Below are positions 46,124-54,887 of a stretch of 64,000 nt of DNA, in pieces. Where the stretch lies: positions 4,396 to 68,395 of the forward strand of contig JANNXA010000045.1 in assembly GCA_031409275.1 (NCBI GenBank). The letters run 5' to 3'. Numbering within the stretch: position 1 is the first letter of the stretch; each line of letters starts with the position of its first letter. Origin of the DNA: Planctomycetota bacterium. Lineage in GTDB: Bacteria; Planctomycetota; B15-G4; SIAN01. The notes below the pieces were generated by a model. That model was given only the letters and a program-made list of their open reading frames with translations, ran no database searches and was not told the DNA's origin. The translations under genes and the position numbers were made by a program.

Positions 46124-48154
46124 ATGAAACCCCTCGCCGCCGCCTGTCGCACCGCCCGTTTCGGAGCCCTCGCGGCGGGCGCCGTGGTCGGAGTCGCCGG
46201 CTGGCAATGGCCGACGCTCTTCGGCTCCGCCGGGGAGCGGCTGGGAACGGGGCTGCTGCTCGTGGTGGTGCCCACCGTCGTCGCCGCGCACGTCGCGCTG
46301 CCGCTGGCCCAGCGCCTCGCGAGCGCGGTCGCCGCCGCGCTCTGGAGCGGCGTGCTGGTCGCCGTCGTGGCGGCGCTCTACCTGCCGACGGTCACCCCGC
46401 TCGCCGTCGCCATCGCTGCCGCCGTCGGCGCGCTCGTGGGTGGACTGATTGGCCGCAGCAACTGGTTCGAGCGGCGCGCCGCCACCGTCGTCGCCGTGGT
46501 CGCGCTGGCGGCCGCCAGCAGCGTCGGCGTCGTGCGCCGCCCCCTGCCAGCCGAACCCGCGTCGCCCCACCCGAACACCTTCGTCTTCGGCCTCGACGCC
46601 GGCACCTGGACGATCCTCGACGAACTGATGGCGAACGGCGACCTCCCCAACCTGCGCCGACTGCGCGAAGAGGGAGTGAGCGGCACGCTGCGCTCCGAAA
46701 TCGAGTCCTCATCGCCGCGCGTCTGGACCACGATCGCCACCGGCAAGACCCCTTCGAAGCACGGTGTCGTCGACTTCTTCTGCACGCAGAACGACAACCT
46801 GACGACGCGCCGTGTCTGGGAGATCTTGCAGGCGCAGGGCTACAGCGTCGGGTTGTTCCAGTGGCTGGTGACCTGGCCGCCCGACCCCTTCGATCCCTTC
46901 GTGGTGCCCGCATGGATGGCGCGCGGTCCGGAGACGCATCCGGCGGAGCTCTCGTTCATCAAGGAACTCGAGCTCGCGTTCCAGACCGGCGAGTTCGACC
47001 AATGGCGCGCGCAACGCGAATGGCCCACGCTGCTCACGCGACTGCGCGACTGGGGAGTCGGATACCTGCGCCACGGACTGCGCATGCCGACGCTGTGCGC
47101 CGCCCTGTCGCAAGCGTGGACGGCCGCGACGAGTCCGAGCTGGGAACTCCAGTACGGCGCCAAGCGGACGCTTCAGCTGCTGCTGAACGGCGACGTCTAC
47201 CGTGAGCTCTACCGCCGCCACCAGCCCGACTTCTCCGCCTTCATCTGCTACGGGACCGACAACCTCGCCCACAAGTTCTGGCAGTACCACTACCCCGACG
47301 ACTTCGCGATCCCGCACGGCGCCGCCGCCCCCTTCGCCAACCTGCTGACCGACTACTACCGCGCCGCCGATGCGCTGCTCGGCGAGGTGCTCGCGCTGCT
47401 GCCCGCGGACACGACGGTGGCCGTCGTCTCCGACCACGGCTTCACGTCGATCGGCGAAGGCGGCGAGTCGCACCAACGGGAGCTGCGTCCGAAGATGAGC
47501 CGGCTCGCCTCGCTGCTCGAGCTGACCGAACGCGACGTCCTCTGGTCGGCCGTCGCGACTCGCGGCTACTTCCGGCCCGTCGCAGGCGCCATCGGCGCCG
47601 ACGCTGCCGCACGGAGGATCCTCGACTTCCTCGGCGGCTGCGAGGTCGTCGGCGGTCCGAAGCTCTTCGTGCCGAAGGTGCTCGACTCCGGCCAGATCGA
47701 GGTCGCGATCAACCTCGACGTGAAGTTCGAGCGCGACACCGAATTCGCCACGCCGAAAGGGCCGATGCTCCTCACCGACCTCGTCGACGTCGAGGATCGC
47801 ACCGGCAACCACTCGATCGACGGGATCGTGCTGTTGCGCGGTCCGGCGTTTCGCCGCGGCGCGCGGATCGAGACCGCTCACCTCGCCGATGTGACGCCGA
47901 CGCTGCTCCACTTGAATGGGTTCGCCGTCGGCGCCGACATGGACGGCCGCGTGCTCGAAGAGGCGTTCACCGATGCGTTCCGTGAAGAGCACTCGATCGA
48001 GCGCATCGAGAGCTGGGACGATCTCGTGAATGTCACGCGCGCAGCGGCCGGACCAGGCGACGAGCGCGGGTGGCGCAAGTACGCCAGCGAACTCGGCTAT
48101 GTCGATGGCGGCGACAAGGCGACGCCCGCCGGAGCACCGAAGGAGCGGGAGTAG
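46124..48154 (+). CDS. Membrane-anchored alkaline-phosphatase-superfamily enzyme (type I phosphodiesterase/nucleotide pyrophosphatase family).
   Basis: Three to four N-terminal TM helices, then FGLDAGTW (metal-site Thr nucleophile region) and VVSDHG motifs. Confidence 0.75.
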   Translation: MKPLAAACRTARFGALAAGAVVGVAGWQWPTLFGSAGERLGTGLLLVVVPTVVAAHVALPLAQRLASAVAAALWSGVLVAVVAALYLPTVTPLAVAIAAAVGALVGGLIGRSNWFERRAATVVAVVALAAASSVGVVRRPLPAEPASPHPNTFVFGLDAGTWTILDELMANGDLPNLRRLREEGVSGTLRSEIESSSPRVWTTIATGKTPSKHGVVDFFCTQNDNLTTRRVWEILQAQGYSVGLFQWLVTWPPDPFDPFVVPAWMARGPETHPAELSFIKELELAFQTGEFDQWRAQREWPTLLTRLRDWGVGYLRHGLRMPTLCAALSQAWTAATSPSWELQYGAKRTLQLLLNGDVYRELYRRHQPDFSAFICYGTDNLAHKFWQYHYPDDFAIPHGAAAPFANLLTDYYRAADALLGEVLALLPADTTVAVVSDHGFTSIGEGGESHQRELRPKMSRLASLLELTERDVLWSAVATRGYFRPVAGAIGADAAARRILDFLGGCEVVGGPKLFVPKVLDSGQIEVAINLDVKFERDTEFATPKGPMLLTDLVDVEDRTGNHSIDGIVLLRGPAFRRGARIETAHLADVTPTLLHLNGFAVGADMDGRVLEEAFTDAFREEHSIERIESWDDLVNVTRAAAGPGDERGWRKYASELGYVDGGDKATPAGAPKERE

Positions 48155-48190
48155 TCGTCGTCGATCGGCGCCGCGGCGCGCTCGCGCCGC

Positions 48191-49978
48191 TCAGCGCCAC
48201 CGCATCGCGTAGGGCAGCGTGCACAGCAGCTGCCAACGCCCGCTGCCGGCAGGCGGCTCGGCGAGGAACGGCGCGAGCGCCTGTTCGAGGCCAGCGCCGC
48301 CGACCTCCCGCGCCAGCAGCGCCAACGGCGCCTTCACGCTCGCGAGACTCCCGAACTGCTCCTTCAACTGCTCGAAGAAGTCGGGCGCCTCGGGCAGCTC
48401 GCGCCGCGGCGTGCTCTTCGGGTCGAGTCGACCGCCGAGGAAGCACGCCATGGTGATCGCCTCGCGCAGCCCGCCGAAGCCGTCGATCAGCCCGATCTCC
48501 TTGGCTTCGCGACCGCTCCAGACGCGGCCGCGCGCGTTGAGTTCGAGCGCGACCGGGTCGAGCTTGCGACCCGCCGCGGCCTTGGCCACGAACTCCCCGT
48601 AGAGCTTCTGCATCGACGCTTCGAGCTTCCCGCGCAGCATCGGCGGCAGGCCGTCGCGCATGGTGGAGAGCTCTTCGGCGTGCGGGCCGTAGCCGACGAC
48701 CTCGACGTTGATGCCGACCTTCTCCCACGCTTGCGCGAGATTCGGCACCGCGGCGACCACGCCGATCGAGCCGGTCACCGTCGAGGGCTGCGCGAGGATG
48801 CGGTCGCACCCCATGGCGATCCAGTAACCGCCCGACGCCGCGACTCCGCCCATCGATGCGACGACGGGCTTCGCCTCGCGGCAGCGCTGCACGGCGCGCC
48901 AGATCAAGTCGCTGGCGAGCGCGCTGCCGCCCGGACTGTTGATGCGGAGGACGACTGCCTTCACCTGCTCGTCGGTGCGCGCGGTATCGAGTGCCTCGAC
49001 GATGGTGTCGGCCCCCATCGTCTGACCGCCCAACCCGGCGCTGCTCTTGCCGCTCATGATCGCGCCGGTGGCGTAGACGATGGCGATGCGCGAGCCGTCG
49101 GGAAGTTCCTCGTCCTTCGGCTCGAGCAGCTCCTTCAGCTTGGTGAAGACCGTGAAGGGGTTGTCGAACTCGCTGAGGTCGAGCCCCTCTTCGCTGCCGT
49201 AGTCCTCCACCTTCGTGGGCGCGCTGCCGAGCAGCGTGGCCACCTTGGCGTCGAACTCATCCTCGTAGCCCACCGCGTCGATCAGGCCGAGCTCGAGCGC
49301 CCGCGCCGGAGCGAGCAGGACCTCTTCGAAGCCCGCTTCGACCTGCGCCGGCGCGACGTTGCGATTCTTGGCGATGGTGGCGACCATCGTCTCGTAACGC
49401 TCTTTGAGGAGTGCGCGCAACGAGGTGCGCTGGCCATCGCTCATCGAGTCGCGCGCCATGTCTTCGTAGGCGGTCTTGAACTCGCCGACGTGGAGCACGT
49501 CGTAGCGCACGCCCACCTTCGCGAGCAGCTCCTTCATGTAGAGGATCTCGGCCGCGGGCGCTTCGAGCGCGAGCTCGCCCTGCGGCGGGAGCATCAGCAG
49601 GTCGGCGACCGACGCGAACCAGAGCGCGCTGTCATCGAGCGACTCCGCGAAGCAGACGATCTTCTTGCCAGCGGCGCGCGCCGCCTGCAGTTCGCGAAGG
49701 ACGTCCTGCGCGCGGGCGCCGTCGAGGCCATGGAACGGCGAAAGTCGGATCGCCGCCACGGCCGGGTCGTTGGCCAGCGCGCGCAGCCGCTCGAGCTCCG
49801 CCAGGAAGTTGCGGCCGCGCGGACCGAAGGGAGCGGAGGCGATCGGGTCTTCGTCGCCGAGTTCGCTCAGGTCGACCGTCACCAGTTGCGGTGCGTCAGC
49901 AGCCGGCTTCGACTCGTCGAGGCGGCCAAAGACGGGCAACAGCGTGCCAAGCAGGCACGCACCGAGCGTCGTGGACAT
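48191..49978 (-). CDS. sppA: Signal peptide peptidase SppA (protease IV, 67K type).
   Basis: Start ATG 49978 (MSTTLGACLLGTLLPVFG). Two ClpP/crotonase-like halves with catalytic-site context ASMGGVAASGGYWIA. Confidence 0.85.
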   Translation of the reverse strand: MSTTLGACLLGTLLPVFGRLDESKPAADAPQLVTVDLSELGDEDPIASAPFGPRGRNFLAELERLRALANDPAVAAIRLSPFHGLDGARAQDVLRELQAARAAGKKIVCFAESLDDSALWFASVADLLMLPPQGELALEAPAAEILYMKELLAKVGVRYDVLHVGEFKTAYEDMARDSMSDGQRTSLRALLKERYETMVATIAKNRNVAPAQVEAGFEEVLLAPARALELGLIDAVGYEDEFDAKVATLLGSAPTKVEDYGSEEGLDLSEFDNPFTVFTKLKELLEPKDEELPDGSRIAIVYATGAIMSGKSSAGLGGQTMGADTIVEALDTARTDEQVKAVVLRINSPGGSALASDLIWRAVQRCREAKPVVASMGGVAASGGYWIAMGCDRILAQPSTVTGSIGVVAAVPNLAQAWEKVGINVEVVGYGPHAEELSTMRDGLPPMLRGKLEASMQKLYGEFVAKAAAGRKLDPVALELNARGRVWSGREAKEIGLIDGFGGLREAITMACFLGGRLDPKSTPRRELPEAPDFFEQLKEQFGSLASVKAPLALLAREVGGAGLEQALAPFLAEPPAGSGRWQLLCTLPYAMRWR

Positions 49979-50170
49979 CGCGGCTCTCCAGGAGAACAGG
50001 GCGAAGCGTGGCGTTTGCGGCGAGCGGCACGGCAAAGCGGGGGCCGCGCGATCACGCGGCGAGATCGACTCGACGGGACAGGCAGGACCACCGCGAGCGC
50101 ACGATGCGGCGCGCGGGGTCGAAACGGGGCCGGTGGCGAGGACCCGTGAGGCGCCGTGGCGCCTCGTTCG

Positions 50171-50245
50171 TGGAGCGGGTGATGAGGATTGAACTCACGA
50201 CAACCACGTTGGCAACGTGGTGCTCTACCACTGAGCTACACCCGC
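50171..50245 (-). tRNA. tRNA-Gly (anticodon GCC), CCA encoded.
   Basis: Minus-strand sequence GCGGGTGTAGCTCAGTGGTAGAGCACCACGTTGCCAACGTGGTTGTCGTGAGTTCAATCCTCATCACCCGCTCCA folds as a canonical cloverleaf (7-bp acceptor, D, anticodon loop TTGCCAA, T arm GTTCAATCC). Confidence 0.85.
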
Positions 50246-50406
50246 AACGAGGGCGGGGAAGATAGAGCCGCCTGCGAACGATGTCAAACCGCTGCCGGCG
50301 TCAGGAAAAGAATCATCGGAACGATTCGAGCGAAGCGATCGGCCGCGGCTGCACGCGGCGATCGGCAGGTCGCTCCCCTTGGCAGACGACCGTCCGGTCG
50401 GCGTCC

Positions 50407-51216
50407 TCAATCGCGTGGCGGGAGCCCAAGGTACGGCCGCCCGGCACCGTACCTGCGCGCGCCGGCGCGCGCGCGGGCCAACCAGCGCTGTGCCGCCGCG
50501 ATCGCCGAGAGCCACGGCTCCCCGCCCGCAACTCCCGCTGAGATCGCCGACGCCAGCGCGCAGCCGGTGCCGCGCGGCGAGACGCCGCGCTGTCGCGGCT
50601 GAACGAATTCGTGGCTGCCGAAGCGGCCGCACAAGAAGTCGACGACCGCGCCGCGCGAAGCGAGGTGACCGCCCTTCAGCAACACGGCCGCCGGCCCGAG
50701 TTCGAGCAGCGCTCGTGCCGCCGCCATCGGCTGGCGCACGATCGCCGCGTGCGTCCAGCCCAGCAGCTCCGCCGCTTCGAGCGCATTGGGCGTCAGCAAC
50801 GTCGCCTTCGCCACGATGCTTCGCCGATAGAGCGCAAGCGCGCTCGCCGGCAGCGTCCGCTCGCCGCGGGTCGGCGCGAAGACGGGATCGACCACGAAGG
50901 GGACTTTCGGACAGGCGGCTGCCAGCTCGCCGATCCGCTCGATCCACGCGCGATTCGCCACCATGCCCACCTGCACGACGGCGATCCGCGCGTCGCGGCG
51001 CAACGCCGCCAGCGGCCGCGCCATCGTGTGCACGGAGGTCGGGGTCACCGCCGACAATCCGACCGCCGTCTGCAGCGTCACGCAGGTCGCCAGCGCCGCC
51101 GCGTGGCTCCCGAAGATCGCGTGCACCTTGAGGTCGAGTTCGAGCCCGGCACCGCCGCTTGGGTCGGAGCCGGCAAGGAGCAGCGTGAGCGCGGCACGCC
51201 GGCGCGCAGCGCTCAC
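50407..51216 (-). CDS. thiD: Hydroxymethylpyrimidine/phosphomethylpyrimidine kinase (ThiD).
   Basis: N-terminal LLLAGSDPSGGAGLELDLK ribokinase/pyridoxal-kinase fold and C-terminal GTGCALASAI. 4-nt overlap with the upstream gene. Confidence 0.8.
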   Translation of the reverse strand: MSAARRRAALTLLLAGSDPSGGAGLELDLKVHAIFGSHAAALATCVTLQTAVGLSAVTPTSVHTMARPLAALRRDARIAVVQVGMVANRAWIERIGELAAACPKVPFVVDPVFAPTRGERTLPASALALYRRSIVAKATLLTPNALEAAELLGWTHAAIVRQPMAAARALLELGPAAVLLKGGHLASRGAVVDFLCGRFGSHEFVQPRQRGVSPRGTGCALASAISAGVAGGEPWLSAIAAAQRWLARARAGARRYGAGRPYLGLPPRD

Positions 51217-52034
51217 GGCCGTTCACCGCGCAGGTGTCGCGCCGCGGCCAGTAGCGGTCCCGGTCCCTGGAAGGGCTCGGCGCGCAGCACCAACGTGCAT
51301 TCGCCGGACAAGGCGCCGATCACGGCTTTCAGATCGACCTCGCCGGCTCCTGCCGGCAAGCCGCAGTATCCCGCCACGGCGTCCGTCGCATCGAGCCCGA
51401 CGCAGCGTCCCGCGAGTTGATCGAGCCAGCGCGGCGCCGCCGGACCGCCAGCGTGCCCGAACGCCGCCGCTCGACCGCTGTCGTGCCACCAAGCCACCTG
51501 ACGACGACGCGCAAGATCGGCAAGGACGGCAGCCACCGCTTCCGGCGTCCACCACTCGCTGCGTGTCCGCGGCAACGCGAGTGCGATGCCCTGATCGGCA
51601 CGTGGCTGCGTGGCTTCGTGGAGCGCACGGCAGAGTCGCTCCAGGCGCCGATCGCGCTCGGTCGGCGACACCGCCTCTTTGCCGCTGCCGTCACTCGCTT
51701 CCGGCAGCTCGACGATGGTCCAGCGCGCTCGCATGGCTGAGGCGAGGTCGAGCGAACCTTGGAGATCTCCGACGGCGGCCGCCAGCACGACCGGGTCGGC
51801 CGCGACCAACGAGCGCGGGACGCCGACCGACGCCCCACCGCAGAGGAAGGGATGACGGATCGCCGGGCAGCGCACGCCCGAAAGGTCGCGCCGCATCCGC
51901 TCGGCAGCAGGAGCCGCCACCGTCCCACCGGGAACCCACGCCCGGACGCGCAGCGCCTCGAGCCACCCCGCGACCTCTTCGAGCGGGGGCAGTTGGCCCG
52001 ACGTCGCATCCACTGCCAGTGCCAACTCGCGCAT
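51213..52034 (-). CDS. Hypothetical TIM-barrel protein (sugar-phosphate isomerase/epimerase-like).
   Basis: ATGA coupling to thiD, high GC3. Weak similarity of WWHDSGRAAAFGHAG to xylose-isomerase-like TIM barrels. Confidence 0.45.
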   Translation of the reverse strand: MRELALAVDATSGQLPPLEEVAGWLEALRVRAWVPGGTVAAPAAERMRRDLSGVRCPAIRHPFLCGGASVGVPRSLVAADPVVLAAAVGDLQGSLDLASAMRARWTIVELPEASDGSGKEAVSPTERDRRLERLCRALHEATQPRADQGIALALPRTRSEWWTPEAVAAVLADLARRRQVAWWHDSGRAAAFGHAGGPAAPRWLDQLAGRCVGLDATDAVAGYCGLPAGAGEVDLKAVIGALSGECTLVLRAEPFQGPGPLLAAARHLRGERP

Positions 52035-52236
52035 GCTCGCCGCCTCCTCGACGGTGCGGCCGCGAAACGGCCGACCACTCCGGCACCACTACCCCATTCC
52101 CCGGGCGGCGGCAGACAATTATCTAACAGCGCCCAAGATGCCCCGGTACCAGCCGAGTACGTCTGGCTCCATGCGGAATGAAGCACCAGCGAACCTCGCT
52201 GCCCCGCGGGGTTCGTCTCCAACAAGAGGAATGAGC

Positions 52237-54789
52237 ATGAGACATTTGGCCTGGACCTCCTGGAAGACGGCAGCATTGCTTGCCGTCATGACCAGCGGCG
52301 CCGTCGCGCAGAGCGCGCCGATGCCCGCGTCGACGCCAGGCGGTGAAGCCACCGCGCCGGCCGCCGATCGCCCCTACCTCGGCGTCTTCATCGAAGGCGC
52401 GGCCGATGGTGGCGGCGTGAAGCTCGCCGAGATCGTCGAAGGCAGCCCGGCCGCGAAGGCAGGGCTCCAGGCGGGCGACGTGATCGTCGCGTTGGGCGAC
52501 CGCACGATCGGCTCCGAAGAAGAGCTGCGCGATGCCATCACCTCGATGGGCGTCGGCGCCAAGACCAAGATCACCTTCCTGCGTGACGGCGAGAAGCGAC
52601 GCACCAGCGCACGGCTCGCGGCCGCGCCGGCGGAGATGGAAGGCGAGGAAGGTGAGGAAGGCGAGAACGAGGGTTCCGGCGACGAGCGCAACGCGACGAT
52701 CGAGTTCAACCAAGTCACCGACGCCTCCGATTTCGGCGGCATGGTCGAACTCGCCCCGATGTCGGACGACAACGCCGGCTGGATGGGCGTGCAGCTGCAG
52801 GCGAACGACGAGGGCGAGGTCTCCATCCTCGCGGTCGTTCCCGGCTCCCCCGCCGAAGCGGTCGGCCTTCAGGCCGGCGATATCTTCGAGCGCTTCGACA
52901 CCGATGAAGTCGACTCGGTCGAAGGTCTGGTCGAACAGGTCCGCGAGCACCAGGCCGGCGACGTCGTCAAGCTGCGCGTGCGGCGCGGCGACAAGGTCCT
53001 GAAGCCCAAGCTCACGCTCGGCAAGCGCGACGCAAATCTCGCGGTGCCCGGCATGAGCAGTGGGATGGCCTCGATCGAACTCGTGCCGGCGGCGACCCCA
53101 GCCGCCCCGTCTGCCAACGCCGGACCGACTCCGCCCGGCCGTCTGCACGCGCGAATCGCCGCTGCGCGCGGTGCCGCTGCCGCCGGCAACGCCGCCCCTT
53201 CGGCTGAGAGCGCGGAAATGCAGAACACGATCCGCGCGCTGAAGCAGCAGGTCGACGAGCTGCGTTCACGTTGCGAAGAGCAGCAGCGGATGCTGGAGCG
53301 CGTCCGCGAGGCGCTCGGTGGCGGCAGTGGCGGCGGTGGCCGTCGCGAGCCGCAGCCCGATTCGATGCCGATGCCGGCACCGATGCCCGGCGGCTCGCTC
53401 TCCTTCGCTCCCGGTGGCGAAGCGGGCTCCCTCGCGATCGGCGGTGGCGACGTCAGCTTCACGCTGAGCCCGCTCAGCTCCGGCACCTTCGCCGTCGACA
53501 CGGCACGTGACACCACCGAGGAGACGGTCCGCGCGTTGAGTGAATCGGCCGACCAGACGGTCCGCGCCATCACGCTCGAAGGGCAGAACCTCACGTTGCA
53601 ACTGCAAGGGGCCAACGACGGTGCCGCCCTCTGGACCATGGACGGCGATGCCGTCGCCACGATCCAGGGCATGGCCAGCTGCACCGCCGGTGGCGACGAC
53701 TGCTGCGCGAGCGGCGAGTCCAACGCCGATTCATGCTGCGCGAGCGGCGAGTCGGACGACGGCTCGTGCTGCGCGAGCGGCGAGTCCAAAGCGGACTCTT
53801 GCTGCGCGAGCGACGGATCCGATTCCGAAGCTTGCGCCGCGACGACCTGCGATGAGGCGGGGGCGGACGGTGCGCTGATGTTCACCTTCTCCGACGCGAC
53901 TGGAAACGTGACCGCCGGTAGCGCCGAGGGGATCGCGCTGTTCGGCGGCGACGAGGGCGGTCGCATCCGCCTCGTGACGACGAATGGCGGCGACGGCGGC
54001 TCGTGGACGACCGCCACGCCAACCAAGCCTGCCAAGGCGCAGAAGGTGAAGTCGGTCAAGGGGATGAAGATCGAGCCGGCCAAAGAGGCGACGTGGATCG
54101 TCACGGAGAAGGCTCACCAGGGCCGACTGCTCGACGATGGCCGCTGCGAAGATTGCCAGGCTCCCTGCTGCCAGCAGCCGCGCGGCAAGATGCCCGCCGA
54201 GTTTGGTCGTCGCCCCGAAGCGGCGCCCCGCGGCGCGGCCGGCCGCGCGCTGCCCCCGATGGTCGCTCCTCGCGCCCCGCGTGCTCCGCGTGCCGCCGTC
54301 GCTTCCCGGGCCGCACGTGCGCCGCGCGCTGCCCAGGCGCCCCGCGCACCGCGGCTGCGCGTGGAGACGCGCGAGGTCGAGGAATCGGAATCGTGCGCGT
54401 GCGAGTGCCCGGCCATGAAGGCGCATGGCCAAGGACACGGACAGGGACACGGCGCCGCGATGCCGAAGCTGCTGCGCCTGCATTCCATCGCGCCGCACCA
54501 CGGCAAGGCGCTGCTGCGCTTGCACACGAGCCAGGGTGACAGCGAGATCGAATCGGGCGAATTCGAGTTGGCGTTCAGCCCCGACTCGAACGACGAGGTC
54601 ACGCAGTTCGAAGGCATGCGCCTCGAGGTCGACGGATCCGAGGACGGAGCGCTCTTCTTCGAGATGCCGTGCGAGATCGAGTGCACGCTCGACGGCGATG
54701 ACTCGGAATGCAACGTCGACTGCGACGAAGAGTGCGAAGTTCAATGCGAAGTGCAGTGCGCGGTCGATTGCGACGACAGCGGGAAGTGA
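52237..54789 (+). CDS. Secreted double-PDZ protein with coiled coil, four CC-ASGES tandem repeats, an APRAPR basic repeat, an HGQGHGQGHG tract and a Cys/Asp/Glu-rich C-terminus.
   Basis: AAGAGGA Shine-Dalgarno 6 nt before ATG 52237 (ATG 52231 is also possible). Signal peptide, two PDZ domains (GLQAGDVIVALGD and GLQAGDIFERFD), then CCASGESNADSCCASGESDDGSCCASGESKADSCCASDGSDSEAC and a C-terminal CEIECTLDGDDSECNVDCDEECEVQCEVQCAVDCDD. Confidence 0.7.
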   Translation: MRHLAWTSWKTAALLAVMTSGAVAQSAPMPASTPGGEATAPAADRPYLGVFIEGAADGGGVKLAEIVEGSPAAKAGLQAGDVIVALGDRTIGSEEELRDAITSMGVGAKTKITFLRDGEKRRTSARLAAAPAEMEGEEGEEGENEGSGDERNATIEFNQVTDASDFGGMVELAPMSDDNAGWMGVQLQANDEGEVSILAVVPGSPAEAVGLQAGDIFERFDTDEVDSVEGLVEQVREHQAGDVVKLRVRRGDKVLKPKLTLGKRDANLAVPGMSSGMASIELVPAATPAAPSANAGPTPPGRLHARIAAARGAAAAGNAAPSAESAEMQNTIRALKQQVDELRSRCEEQQRMLERVREALGGGSGGGGRREPQPDSMPMPAPMPGGSLSFAPGGEAGSLAIGGGDVSFTLSPLSSGTFAVDTARDTTEETVRALSESADQTVRAITLEGQNLTLQLQGANDGAALWTMDGDAVATIQGMASCTAGGDDCCASGESNADSCCASGESDDGSCCASGESKADSCCASDGSDSEACAATTCDEAGADGALMFTFSDATGNVTAGSAEGIALFGGDEGGRIRLVTTNGGDGGSWTTATPTKPAKAQKVKSVKGMKIEPAKEATWIVTEKAHQGRLLDDGRCEDCQAPCCQQPRGKMPAEFGRRPEAAPRGAAGRALPPMVAPRAPRAPRAAVASRAARAPRAAQAPRAPRLRVETREVEESESCACECPAMKAHGQGHGQGHGAAMPKLLRLHSIAPHHGKALLRLHTSQGDSEIESGEFELAFSPDSNDEVTQFEGMRLEVDGSEDGALFFEMPCEIECTLDGDDSECNVDCDEECEVQCEVQCAVDCDDSGK
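53701..53832 (+). repeat. Four tandem copies of a 33-bp unit (tgctgcgcgagcggcgagtcNNNNNNNNNNNNN) encoding CCASGES-x4 modules inside the PDZ/Cys-rich gene.
   Basis: Direct reading: units at 53701, 53734, 53767 and 53800. The first 20 nt are nearly identical and the last 13 are variable. Confidence 0.8.
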
Positions 54790-54887
54790 TCCCGCGCCGC
54801 TGACCGCACGCAAAAGAGAGGTCCGATCGGGGCGCCGGTGAGCCGCAAGGCTTGCCGGCGCCTCGCCCTCTTCAGGCGACCTCCGCG

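Noticed and set aside
50171-50406. tRNA-Gly as a possible integration hotspot or genomic island boundary
   Set aside because: No integrase, recombinase or direct repeat of the tRNA 3' end within the flanking kilobases. Neighbouring genes are housekeeping (sppA, thiD).
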